Of a DNA stretch of 64,000 nt, positions 45,010 through 53,973 are shown piece by piece. Source of the DNA: Acutalibacteraceae bacterium. GTDB lineage: Bacteria > Bacillota > Clostridia > Oscillospirales > Acutalibacteraceae. The stretch covers positions 487 to 64,486 of the forward strand of contig JAZSCF010000049.1 of NCBI GenBank assembly GCA_045602785.1. Direction: 5' to 3'. Within the stretch, counting starts at the first letter, position 1; each line of letters opens with the position of its first letter. Position numbers and translations under genes: made by a program. The notes under the pieces were generated by a model that saw nothing but the letters and a program-made list of their open reading frames with translations, searched no databases and had not been told where the DNA came from.

Positions 45010-45027
45010 GAAAGGAGCCTTATAATA

Positions 45028-46779
45028 ATGGATATGATAAATGTTAAAATTAACGGTATTGCTGTAAGTGTACCTAAGGGCTCTACTGTATTAGATGCTG
45101 CCCGTAAAGCAGGTATTGAAATTCCTACCCTTTGCTTTATGAAGGAAAAGAACGAAATCGGCGCTTGCCGTATTTGCGTTGTTGAAGTAAACGAAGGAAG
45201 AGGTTTCCGTATTGTTACCGCTTGCGTTTACCCTGTAAGCGAAGGTATGGAAGTTCTTACCAATACTGAAAAAATTCAAAAAGCTAGAAAAACTACTCTT
45301 GAACTTATTCTCTCTACTCACGATAAAAAGTGTCTTTCTTGCTCACGTTCTACCAACTGCGAGCTTCAAAAGCTTTGCCTTGACTATGGCGTAGATGAAA
45401 GCGCTTTCGGTGGCTTTAAGCCTGTTTATGAGCTTGATAACAGCACACCTCATCTTGTAAGAGATAATAATAAATGTATTCTTTGCCGTCGTTGTGTTGC
45501 TGCTTGTAACGAACAGTACGTAGGTGTTATCGGCGCTAACAATCGTGGTATTGATACAAGCATTGGTACCCCATTTGAAGTTGGTCTTTCTAATGTTCCT
45601 TGTATTTCCTGCGGTCAGTGTACTGTTGTATGCCCCACAGGTGCATTAGTTGAAAAAGACGATACTGATAAGATTTGGGATGCTTTGGCTGACAGCACTA
45701 AGCATGTAGTTGTTCAAACTGCACCTTCTGTACGTGCTACCTTAGGCGAATGCTTTGGTAATCCTATTGGTTCTAATGTTGAAGGTAAAATGGTTGCAGC
45801 TCTTAGAAGACTCGGTTTTGATAAGGTATTCGACACCGACTTCGCTGCTGACCTTACTATTGTTGAAGAAGCAAACGAATTAGTAGAACGCATCAATAAT
45901 GGCGGTACTTTACCGATGATTACTTCTTGCTCACCAGGTTGGGTTAAGTTCTGCGAATACTATTATCCTGATATGATTAATCATCTTTCAACCTGTAAGT
46001 CTCCACAACAAATGGCAGGCGCTGTTATTAAGACTTACTATGCTGAAAAGATGGGTATTGATCCTAAGGATATCGTTTCTGTTTCTGTTATGCCTTGTAC
46101 TGCTAAGAAATTTGAAATCGGCCGCGAAGATCAATCTGCTGCAGGTGTACCTGATGTTGATATTGCTATCACAACACGTGAGCTTGGCAAAATGATTGAA
46201 CGCGCAGGTATTCAGTTCAATATGTTACCTGATGAAGAGTTTGACTCTCCTTTAGGCGAAGATACCGGTGCTGCTGTTATCTTCGGTGCAACCGGCGGTG
46301 TTATGGAAGCTGCTTTACGTACTGCTAACGACTGGCTTACCGGTAAAGACAATACTGATATTGACTTTACTGCAGTTCGCGGTACACAAGGCTTAAAAGA
46401 AGCTACTGTTAATATTAACGGTATGGATATTAATGTTGCTGTTGCTTCTGGCGCAGCTGCTGCTAAGTGCGTAATGGATATGATGAAGAACGGCAATCCT
46501 AAGAATTGGACCTTCGTTGAAATTATGGGATGCCCCGGCGGGTGTGTAAACGGCGGCGGTCAGCCTATCCATCCACAAAGTGTTCGTGATACAGTTGACC
46601 TTAAGGCTGTTCGCGCTAAGGCTTTATATGATCAGGATGCTGCAATGGCTATTCGTAAGTCACACGAATCTCCTGTTGTTAAGAAGCTTTATGAAGAATG
46701 GTATGACGGTTTTGGCGGCCACAAGGCTCACCACGACTTACATACAAGCTATGTAGCAAGAGAAAAATATTCTAAATAA
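45028..46779 (+). CDS. hydA: [FeFe] hydrogenase catalytic subunit (M3-type, trimeric or bifurcating class)
   Basis: N-terminal 2Fe-2S and F-cluster domains. H-cluster motifs TSCSPGW (L1 variant), MPCTAKKFE (L2) and EIMGCPGGCVNGGGQP (L3). Confidence 0.95.
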   Translation: MDMINVKINGIAVSVPKGSTVLDAARKAGIEIPTLCFMKEKNEIGACRICVVEVNEGRGFRIVTACVYPVSEGMEVLTNTEKIQKARKTTLELILSTHDKKCLSCSRSTNCELQKLCLDYGVDESAFGGFKPVYELDNSTPHLVRDNNKCILCRRCVAACNEQYVGVIGANNRGIDTSIGTPFEVGLSNVPCISCGQCTVVCPTGALVEKDDTDKIWDALADSTKHVVVQTAPSVRATLGECFGNPIGSNVEGKMVAALRRLGFDKVFDTDFAADLTIVEEANELVERINNGGTLPMITSCSPGWVKFCEYYYPDMINHLSTCKSPQQMAGAVIKTYYAEKMGIDPKDIVSVSVMPCTAKKFEIGREDQSAAGVPDVDIAITTRELGKMIERAGIQFNMLPDEEFDSPLGEDTGAAVIFGATGGVMEAALRTANDWLTGKDNTDIDFTAVRGTQGLKEATVNINGMDINVAVASGAAAAKCVMDMMKNGNPKNWTFVEIMGCPGGCVNGGGQPIHPQSVRDTVDLKAVRAKALYDQDAAMAIRKSHESPVVKKLYEEWYDGFGGHKAHHDLHTSYVAREKYSK

Positions 46780-46797
46780 TAGAAACACATAAAAATT

Positions 46798-46825
46798 GGG
46801 CTCGGTTTTACCGAGCCCGTTTTTC
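46798..46825 (+). terminator. Rho-independent terminator of the hydrogenase operon
   Basis: gggctcgg / ccgagccc stem followed by a T-run. Confidence 0.9.
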
Positions 46826-46846
46826 TTAGGTATAATTGTTGATTAA

Positions 46847-47047
46847 TTATTCTTCCATAGCGTGTCTTCTGAATAATAGTGATATACACCATACACCTGC
46901 AAGCGCAATTACGGTGTAGATAATTCTGCTGATTATTGCAGTACTACCACCAAACGCCCATGCAACAAGGTCAAAACTGAATAGACCTACAAGACCCCAG
47001 TTAAGCGCACCAATAATTACGAGAATTAAACAAAGTTTATCAAACAT
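46847..47047 (-). CDS. DUF378 domain-containing membrane protein
   Basis: IGALNWGLVGLFSFDLVAWAFGG signature, 66 aa. Confidence 0.85.
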   Translation of the reverse strand: MFDKLCLILVIIGALNWGLVGLFSFDLVAWAFGGSTAIISRIIYTVIALAGVWCISLLFRRHAMEE

Positions 47048-47113
47048 TTTTTATCAACTCCTTTAGTTACTAATATAATTGACAAAAAAAGTTTTCTTAT
47101 TCAAAAAGTTTAT

Positions 47114-47150
47114 AAAAAAATAAAGCAGTTTTCAAAACTGCTTTATTTTA
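47114..47150 (-). terminator. Terminator after dapB
   Basis: aaagcagt / actgcttt stem, followed by a T-run on the minus strand. Confidence 0.8.
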
Positions 47151-47152
47151 TG

Positions 47153-47908
47153 TTAGTTAAAGTTCATAATACTGTTCATATCGTAAAGACCGCAAGGTTT
47201 ATTTCTTAAAAACTTTGCAGCAGTTATTGCACCTGTGGCGAAAACTTGTTTAGAATGTGCCGCGTGCGAAAGGGTGATTACTTCATCGCAACCTGCGAAT
47301 ATAACATCATGTTCACCGACTATTGTGCCACCCCTTATGGAATGAATACCAATTTCATTTTTCGGGCGCTTAGCGCGTTTTGAATGGCGGTCATATTCGA
47401 ATGTAAGTTTATCGTCAAAAACGGTGTTAATCGAATTTGCAAGCATTATAGCAGTACCCGAAGGTGCATCAAGCTTTTGGTTGTGGTGTTTTTCAACAAT
47501 TTCAATATCGAATCCATCACCAAGGATACTTGCTGCTTTTTTCGCAAGCGAGCATAAAAGGTTAACACCTATTGACATATTAAAGGTGAAAAATACAGGA
47601 ATAATTTTAGCGGTTGCTTTGATTTTTTCAATCTGAGCATCGGTGTATCCTGTTGTAGCAATAACAATTGGTAACTTTTTAGCAGTCGCATATTCTAATA
47701 AATCATCAAGCAATGAGGGGTTAGAAAAATCAATAATAACATCTGCAGCCACATTAATTTCATTAAAAGAAGGGAATACAGGGTACTCCATACCACAATT
47801 ATATTTATCAACACCTGCAACTATTTTAATTTCACTATCCTCTTTAGCACGCGAGGTAACATTAATTCCCATTTTACCGCAAGCGCCAACTAATATTGCT
47901 TTTATCAT
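47153..47908 (-). CDS. dapB: 4-hydroxy-tetrahydrodipicolinate reductase
   Basis: LVGACGKMG Rossmann motif and EKHHNQKLDAPSGTA motif. Confidence 0.95.
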   Translation of the reverse strand: MIKAILVGACGKMGINVTSRAKEDSEIKIVAGVDKYNCGMEYPVFPSFNEINVAADVIIDFSNPSLLDDLLEYATAKKLPIVIATTGYTDAQIEKIKATAKIIPVFFTFNMSIGVNLLCSLAKKAASILGDGFDIEIVEKHHNQKLDAPSGTAIMLANSINTVFDDKLTFEYDRHSKRAKRPKNEIGIHSIRGGTIVGEHDVIFAGCDEVITLSHAAHSKQVFATGAITAAKFLRNKPCGLYDMNSIMNFN

Positions 47909-47932
47909 TTTTTCACATCCATTTAATTTTTA

Positions 47933-48820
47933 CTAAAGTAAATTACATTCAATAAGCTTTTGTTTTAAAGCTTCAGTGGTCTTTTCATCCATTGGGAATA
48001 GGGGAGGTCTACATTCACCAACGTTCATTCCCATAAGATTCATTGCAGTCTTAACGGGAATGGGGTTAACATCATAGAAAAGTGCTTTTAATAGACCTAA
48101 ATATTTATTCTGCATCTCACGTGCAACAGTAGTATTGCCATTTAAATACTCATGGCAAAGTTTACTCATTTCGCTTGGAATAATATTTGATGCAACCGAA
48201 ATTACACCAATGCCGCCAAGTGAGAGTACGGGTACTGTTTGGTCATCATTACCTGAATAAATATCCAAATCATCACCACAAAGGTATTTGATTTCGGCAA
48301 TCTGTGAAATATCACCCGATGCTTCTTTGGTAGCAACTATTCTTTCGTGCTTTGCAAGCTCTTTATAGGTTTGGGGTGCAATATTAACACCTGTTCGCGA
48401 AGGCACATTATAAAGAATAATTGGCTTTGTAACGCGGTCTGCAATATAGTTATAATGGTTTACAAGACCTCTTTGCGAAGTTTTATTGTAATAAGGTGTG
48501 ACCATTAAAAGCGCATCGGCACCTAAAGCTTCGGCATCGCGGCAAAGCTCAACCGAATATACGGTATCATTACTACCGGTACCTGCAATAATCGGAACAC
48601 GCTTATTGCAAGTTTTAGCCGCAACTTCAATAACTTTTAAATGCTCGTCATAACGAAGAGTGGATTTTTCGCCCGTTGTACCGCAAATAACCAAAGCGTC
48701 AATACCGTCTTTGATTTGGGTATCAACAAGCTGTTCAAGACGGGGAAAGTCAACCTTTCCGTCAGGTAGCATAGGGGTAATTAAAGCCGTAGCACATCCT
48801 TCGAATATCCGATTTTTCAT
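47933..48820 (-). CDS. dapA: 4-hydroxy-tetrahydrodipicolinate synthase
   Basis: CGTTGE, YYNK and the active-site Lys block ATKEASGD. Confidence 0.95.
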   Translation of the reverse strand: MKNRIFEGCATALITPMLPDGKVDFPRLEQLVDTQIKDGIDALVICGTTGEKSTLRYDEHLKVIEVAAKTCNKRVPIIAGTGSNDTVYSVELCRDAEALGADALLMVTPYYNKTSQRGLVNHYNYIADRVTKPIILYNVPSRTGVNIAPQTYKELAKHERIVATKEASGDISQIAEIKYLCGDDLDIYSGNDDQTVPVLSLGGIGVISVASNIIPSEMSKLCHEYLNGNTTVAREMQNKYLGLLKALFYDVNPIPVKTAMNLMGMNVGECRPPLFPMDEKTTEALKQKLIECNLL

Positions 48821-48843
48821 ACAATCACTCCTAAAAATAAGAA

Positions 48844-49923
48844 TTAGTCCATATAACCTTTAGCGCAAAGTAATTCAGCAAGTAATACAGCGCCGCCTGC
48901 GGCACCTCTTAAGGTGTTGTGAGAAAGACAAACAAACTTATAATCATACTGACTGTCCTCTCTAAGACGGCCAATGGAAACTGCCATACCTTTTTCAAGG
49001 TCGCGATTTAACTTTGTTTGAGGCATATCATCTTCTGTAAAGTAGTTAAGGAACTGCTTTGGAGCAAGCGGTAAATCCAAATCCTGAGGCTCGCCTTTAA
49101 AGTTTGCCCAAGTATCAATAATTTCTTCCTTAGTGGGTTTGTTTTTAAAGCTAACATAAACTGCAGCCATATGACCGTCAGATACAGGAACACGCAAACA
49201 TTGTGCAGTAAACTTCGGGTTTTCGGAAGGCACAATTGCACCGTTTTCAATTTTACCCCAAATCTTAAGCGGTTCTTTTTCGCTCTTTTCTTCTTCGCCG
49301 CCTATGTAGGGGATAACATTATCTATCATTTCAGGCCAACGTTCAAAGGTTTTACCTGCGCCAGAGATTGCTTGATAAGTACAAACAAGTACTTTGTCTA
49401 CACCAAATTTATCTAGCGGATATATAGCAGGAACATAGCTTTGAAGTGAACAATTAGACTTAACTGCAATAAAGCCGCGTTTTGTACCAAGGCGTTCTCT
49501 TTGTGATTTAATAACTTCCGCGTGGTCGGCATTGATTTCGGGAATAATCATAGGAACATCGGGAGTAAAGCGATGAGCCGAGTTGTTAGAAATAACAGGA
49601 CATTCGTGCTTAGCATAGGTTTCTTCCAAAGCCTTGATTTCATCCTTTTTCATATTAACTGCGCAAAAAACAAAATCAACATTAGAAACGATTGTTTCAA
49701 TATCCTTTTCGGCATCTAAAACAGTCATACCACTAAACTTTTCAGGCATTTCCGTTTTCATAGCCCAACGGTTACCTACTGCTTCTTTATAAGTCTTACC
49801 GGCAGAGTTTGCACTTGCAGCAAGTGTAGTAACATTAAACCAAGGATGGTTTTCAAGTAATAAAGCAAAACGCTGACCAACCATACCTGTAGCGCCTATA
49901 ATACCTACATTAAATTTTTTCAT
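48844..49923 (-). CDS. asd: Aspartate-semialdehyde dehydrogenase
   Basis: IIGATGMVGQRF and active-site SNCS. Confidence 0.9.
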   Translation of the reverse strand: MKKFNVGIIGATGMVGQRFALLLENHPWFNVTTLAASANSAGKTYKEAVGNRWAMKTEMPEKFSGMTVLDAEKDIETIVSNVDFVFCAVNMKKDEIKALEETYAKHECPVISNNSAHRFTPDVPMIIPEINADHAEVIKSQRERLGTKRGFIAVKSNCSLQSYVPAIYPLDKFGVDKVLVCTYQAISGAGKTFERWPEMIDNVIPYIGGEEEKSEKEPLKIWGKIENGAIVPSENPKFTAQCLRVPVSDGHMAAVYVSFKNKPTKEEIIDTWANFKGEPQDLDLPLAPKQFLNYFTEDDMPQTKLNRDLEKGMAVSIGRLREDSQYDYKFVCLSHNTLRGAAGGAVLLAELLCAKGYMD

Positions 49924-49958
49924 TTTTTAAACAATCCTTTCAAAGATGTAAAATTTGC

Positions 49959-49987
49959 TTGCTATATTAAGCAATTTACAATATAAT
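49959..49987 (+). promoter_or_regulatory. Sigma-A type promoter for queA
   Basis: TTGCTA - 17 nt - TATAAT. Confidence 0.55.
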
Positions 49988-50008
49988 ATATATTATACAT
50001 ACTAAATT

Positions 50009-50037
50009 ATGATACCATTATTTTTGTTATTTGTCAA
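50009..50037 (-). promoter_or_regulatory. Sigma-A type promoter for asd-dapA-dapB
   Basis: On the minus strand: TTGACA - 17 nt - TATCAT with TGg extended -10. Confidence 0.6.
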
Positions 50038-50055
50038 TTTTTTATGGGAGTTTTT

Positions 50056-51078
50056 ATGAAAACAAGTGACTTTTTTTACGATTTACCGCCTGAGCTTATT
50101 GCTCAAACCCCAATTGAGCCGCGTAACACTTCGCGACTTTTGAATTTGGACAAAAAAACGGGCGAGATTAAGCACACAAGCTTTAATAATTTAAGCGACT
50201 TTTTGAAGGTGGGTGACTGCCTTGTGCTTAATAACACAAGGGTTTTACCTGCTCGTATTTATGGCACAAGAGAAGACACAGGCGCAGTTGTTGAGTTTCT
50301 TTTGTTAAAGCAAAAGGGAGTTAATTTATGGGAATGCTTGGCAGGACCTGGCAAAAAGGCAAAGGTGGGCCATAATTTCAAGTTTTCTGATGAATTAACA
50401 GCTAGTGTTCGGGAAGTTTTGCCCGATGGTAACCGCGTAGTAGAATTTTTCCCACAAGGTGAATTTTATTCGGTTCTTGATAAGGTTGGACAAATGCCAT
50501 TACCGACTTATATTAAAGAAAAATTAGAAGATAAAGAGCGTTACCAAACAGTTTATTCTAAAGAGATTGGTTCGGCGGCGGCACCTACTGCAGGTCTTCA
50601 TTTTACTAATGAAATGCTCAATGAATTAAAGGCTAAAGGCATTAAAATTGCTTACGTTACTTTACATGTGGGCTTAGGTACATTCCGCCCTGTTAAAGTG
50701 GATAATATTGATGAACATAAAATGCATTCAGAACATTATATTATACCGCAAGAAACTGCAGATATTATAAATGATACCAAGAAAAACGGCGGTAGAATAA
50801 TTTGTGTAGGTACTACAAGCTGCCGTACACTTGAAAGCGCTATGCAAAAATTTGGTGAAATTAAAGAGTGCTCGGATGATACAAGTATTTTTATTTATCC
50901 CGGTTATAAATTCGGTTGTATGGATGGTCTTATTACTAATTTCCATTTACCCGAAAGTACACTCATAATGTTAGTATCGGCTTTTGCAGGGTACGATAAT
51001 ACAATGAACGCATACAAGCAAGCCGTTTTAGAAAAATACCGTTTCTTTAGTTTCGGCGACGCGATGCTTATTTTATAA
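50056..51078 (+). CDS. queA: S-adenosylmethionine:tRNA ribosyltransferase-isomerase
   Basis: [16 protein letters not shown]-terminus and [17 protein letters not shown] precedes ATG 50056. Confidence 0.95.
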   Translation: MKTSDFFYDLPPELIAQTPIEPRNTSRLLNLDKKTGEIKHTSFNNLSDFLKVGDCLVLNNTRVLPARIYGTREDTGAVVEFLLLKQKGVNLWECLAGPGKKAKVGHNFKFSDELTASVREVLPDGNRVVEFFPQGEFYSVLDKVGQMPLPTYIKEKLEDKERYQTVYSKEIGSAAAPTAGLHFTNEMLNELKAKGIKIAYVTLHVGLGTFRPVKVDNIDEHKMHSEHYIIPQETADIINDTKKNGGRIICVGTTSCRTLESAMQKFGEIKECSDDTSIFIYPGYKFGCMDGLITNFHLPESTLIMLVSAFAGYDNTMNAYKQAVLEKYRFFSFGDAMLIL

Positions 51079-51080
51079 GT

Positions 51081-51199
51081 GAAGAATGAATAATGAAAAA
51101 TGAATGATGAAAAATTAAGGAGTGCCTTCGGCACGGATTATAAATTGTCGGCAAAGCCGACACCGAAATTATTCATTATTCAATATTCACTATTCATTG
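51081..51199. repeat. About 120-nt palindromic element: heptad repeats (ATGAANN x5) / two GC mini-hairpins / inverted heptads (ATTCANT x4)
   Basis: Left arm 51081-51116 and right arm 51165-51199 pair imperfectly over about 30 positions by hand folding. The tip holds gtgcc-ttc-ggcac (51122-51134) and gtcggc-aaa-gccgac (51147-51161). Confidence 0.7.
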
Positions 51200-51264
51200 T
51201 TTACGGCATCACATATCCTGTAAACTTCGATGACGCAATGATTATTTTATAGTTTGGTGAAAAT

Positions 51265-51915
51265 ATGTATAATTATATACTTTTTGATTTAGACGGTACT
51301 ATATCCGATAGTGGCAGGGGCATTTGTAACGGTGTGCTTTATGCCTTAGATAAATTTGGTATTAAAGAAACTGACCAGAATGTCTTAAATACTTTTATTG
51401 GTCCGCCACTTGTTGATGCTTTTATGGCAAATTATTCTTTTTCTAACGAAAAAGCTTTAAAGGCGGTTGAATACTATCGCGAGTTTTATCGTAAAGATGG
51501 TATCTACCAAAACTCTTTGTATGATGGTGTTAAAGATCTTATTATAAAATTAAAGCAACAGGGTAAAATCCTTGTTTTAGCAACATCTAAACCACAACCC
51601 TTTGCAGAAATAGTTTTAAACCAGTATAATTTATTGGGATATTTTGATTACATAATTGGCGCTACATTTGATGGTAAACTTAACTATAAAAATGATGTTA
51701 TTCGTGTAGCGTTGGAAATAAGCGGTATTTCCGATAAATCACAAGCGATTATGATAGGTGATAGACATCACGATATTGAAGGTGCTAAAGAAAATGGTTT
51801 GGATTCAATAGGTGTGCTTTACGGTTATGGTGATTTAGTTGAACTTCAAAATGCAGGCGCTAATTTTATTGCCGAAACCCCACAAGATATTTTAAAAATA
51901 ATAAACGATAATTAG
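51265..51915 (+). CDS. HAD-superfamily hydrolase (phosphoglycolate phosphatase-like)
   Basis: LFDLDGTISDS motif I and GDRHHDIEGA motif IV region. Confidence 0.8.
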   Translation: MYNYILFDLDGTISDSGRGICNGVLYALDKFGIKETDQNVLNTFIGPPLVDAFMANYSFSNEKALKAVEYYREFYRKDGIYQNSLYDGVKDLIIKLKQQGKILVLATSKPQPFAEIVLNQYNLLGYFDYIIGATFDGKLNYKNDVIRVALEISGISDKSQAIMIGDRHHDIEGAKENGLDSIGVLYGYGDLVELQNAGANFIAETPQDILKIINDN

Positions 51916-51923
51916 GAGTTAAA

Positions 51924-53054
51924 ATGTATAAACTATTAAAACAAGAAGGAGCCGCACGCAGAGCCGAATTTCAAACAAATCGCGGCATTGTACAAACACC
52001 CGCTTTTATGAATGTGGCAACCTGCGGTGCAATAAAGGGTGCAGTTTCTGCCGAAGACCTTAAAACACTTGGTTGTCAGGTAATGCTTTCTAACACTTAT
52101 CATTTACACATAAGACCTGGCGATGAAGTAGTTAAACAATGCGGTGGACTTCACACATTTTCTACATGGGATGGTCCGATTTTGACCGATAGTGGCGGAT
52201 TTCAGGTTTTCTCACTTTCTTCGCTTAGAAAAATTGAAGAAGAAGGTGTAACCTTTGCTTCGCATGTTGACGGTAAACGGATTTTTATGGGTCCTGAAGA
52301 AAGTATGCGTATACAGTCAAATTTAGGTTCAACAATTGCTATGGCTTTTGATGAGTGCGTTGAAAACCCTGCTGAGTATTCTTATTCAAAGCAATCATGC
52401 GAGCGTACAATACGTTGGTTAAAGCGCTGTAAAGATGAAATGGCGCGACTTAATTCACTTGAAACCACAATCAATAAAGAACAAATGCTATTTGGTATTA
52501 ATCAAGGCTGTACCTATAACGATTTGCGTATAAACCATATGAAAGCGATTGCGGAATTAGACCTTGATGGTTATGCAATTGGTGGCTTAGCTGTAGGTGA
52601 GCCTGCAGAAGTTATGTATGATGTTATTGAACATGTTGAACCATATATGCCTAAGGATAAAATAAGATATTTAATGGGAGTAGGTACTCCTGCCAATATT
52701 CTTAACGCTGTTGAGCGTGGCGTTGATTTGTTTGACTGTGTAATGCCAAGCCGTAATGCTCGTCACGGGCATTTATTCACAAGTGAAGGTATTATTAATA
52801 TTAATAATAAAAAGTACGAATATGATATGCGCCCAATTGATGAAAATTGCGGTTGTCCCGTTTGTCAAAGATATAGCCGAGCGTATATTCGTCACTTGCT
52901 TAAAAGCCAAGAAATGCTTTCTCAAAGGCTTTTGGTTATGCATAATTTATGGTTTTACAATCATCTAATGGAAGACATAAGAAACGCTTTAGATAACGGT
53001 ACATTTAAAGAATTTAAGCGTGAAAAAGAAATTATTTATTCCAAAAGGATATAA
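51924..53054 (+). CDS. tgt: Queuine tRNA-ribosyltransferase (tRNA-guanine transglycosylase)
   Basis: TPAFMNV, LTDSGGFQV and Zn site CGCPVC ... H. Confidence 0.95.
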   Translation: MYKLLKQEGAARRAEFQTNRGIVQTPAFMNVATCGAIKGAVSAEDLKTLGCQVMLSNTYHLHIRPGDEVVKQCGGLHTFSTWDGPILTDSGGFQVFSLSSLRKIEEEGVTFASHVDGKRIFMGPEESMRIQSNLGSTIAMAFDECVENPAEYSYSKQSCERTIRWLKRCKDEMARLNSLETTINKEQMLFGINQGCTYNDLRINHMKAIAELDLDGYAIGGLAVGEPAEVMYDVIEHVEPYMPKDKIRYLMGVGTPANILNAVERGVDLFDCVMPSRNARHGHLFTSEGIININNKKYEYDMRPIDENCGCPVCQRYSRAYIRHLLKSQEMLSQRLLVMHNLWFYNHLMEDIRNALDNGTFKEFKREKEIIYSKRI

Positions 53055-53088
53055 ATTATAAATTAATTGTTAAATATTTACTTGATAC

Positions 53089-53117
53089 TTGCATTTTGTG
53101 AGATAATGCGGTATAAT
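53089..53117 (+). promoter_or_regulatory. Sigma-A type promoter for yajC
   Basis: TTGCAT - 17 nt - TATAAT. Confidence 0.55.
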
Positions 53118-53148
53118 GTACAGGATAAATTTTTGGAGGAATTTTAAA

Positions 53149-53496
53149 ATGAATTTTCAATTTTTAACTCTTGCTGATAATGCAGCAACTACCGGTAATC
53201 CAGCTGGCAGTTCAAGTATGATTGTAATGATTATTATCTATGCTTTAATTTTCGGCGCACTTTACTTCTTTATGATTCGTCCACAGAAGAAAAAACAAAA
53301 AGAAGAAAAGTTAATGCGTGAAAATCTTCAAGTTGGTGATGAAATTGTTACCATCGGCGGTATCCACGGTAAAGTAATTTCTTTAAAAGAGGATTCTATG
53401 GTTATTGAATCTCAGGTTGACCGCAGTAAAATGACTATTGCTCGTTGGGCTTTACAAACCAATTTAACAGTTCACGACCAACCTGCACAAAAGTAG
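53149..53496 (+). CDS. yajC: Preprotein translocase subunit YajC
   Basis: ATG 53149 after SD GGAGG. Single TM segment, then IRPQKKKQKE and GDEIVTIGGIHGKV. Confidence 0.9.
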   Translation: MNFQFLTLADNAATTGNPAGSSSMIVMIIIYALIFGALYFFMIRPQKKKQKEEKLMRENLQVGDEIVTIGGIHGKVISLKEDSMVIESQVDRSKMTIARWALQTNLTVHDQPAQK

Positions 53497-53511
53497 TAAT
53501 AAAATTTTTCT

Positions 53512-53550
53512 CTCCCGAATACACTTTACTGTTCGGGAGGGAATTTTTTT
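53512..53550 (+). terminator. Terminator-like hairpin after yajC whose 3' arm carries the SD of the next gene
   Basis: ctcccgaa / ttcgggag stem, then ggaattttttt directly abutting ATG 53551. Confidence 0.55.
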
Positions 53551-53940
53551 ATGGATGAAAATAAAATTGGATATATTACGCTAATTAAAACAGCGCTTAT
53601 TTTTATTGTGTCTTTTGTAGCGGTAGCTTTTCTTTTTGCGGTAGCACTTTATTATTTAGAAGGTGGATATGAATATTCCCCACTACTTGCAACCCTTGCT
53701 TTAAGCTTGGGTGGTTTTGCATCTTCACTATATTTAGGAAATTTTAAAGGGGAGAAGGGCATTTTATTAGGCGGTGCAGTGGCACTAGTTATATTTATTG
53801 TTACTGCTTTAATTACACTTTTAGTTAATAACGGCGCTGTTAGTATTCATTTAGTGTTAAGGTTTGTAATAATTCTATTATCATCTCTAATCGGCGCAAT
53901 AATAGGTGTTAACAAAAAAGCAAATAAAAAGTTTATATAA
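53551..53940 (+). CDS. TIGR04086/YrzE-like small membrane protein
   Basis: Four hydrophobic segments. The position after yajC matches the Bacillus yrzE context. Confidence 0.5.
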   Translation: MDENKIGYITLIKTALIFIVSFVAVAFLFAVALYYLEGGYEYSPLLATLALSLGGFASSLYLGNFKGEKGILLGGAVALVIFIVTALITLLVNNGAVSIHLVLRFVIILLSSLIGAIIGVNKKANKKFI

Positions 53941-53973
53941 AAAACGGTTCAGCAAAACTGAACCGTTAATTTT
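53941..53973. terminator. Bidirectional terminator
   Basis: 10-bp stem aacggttcag/ctgaaccgtt flanked by an A-run and a T-run. Confidence 0.85.
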
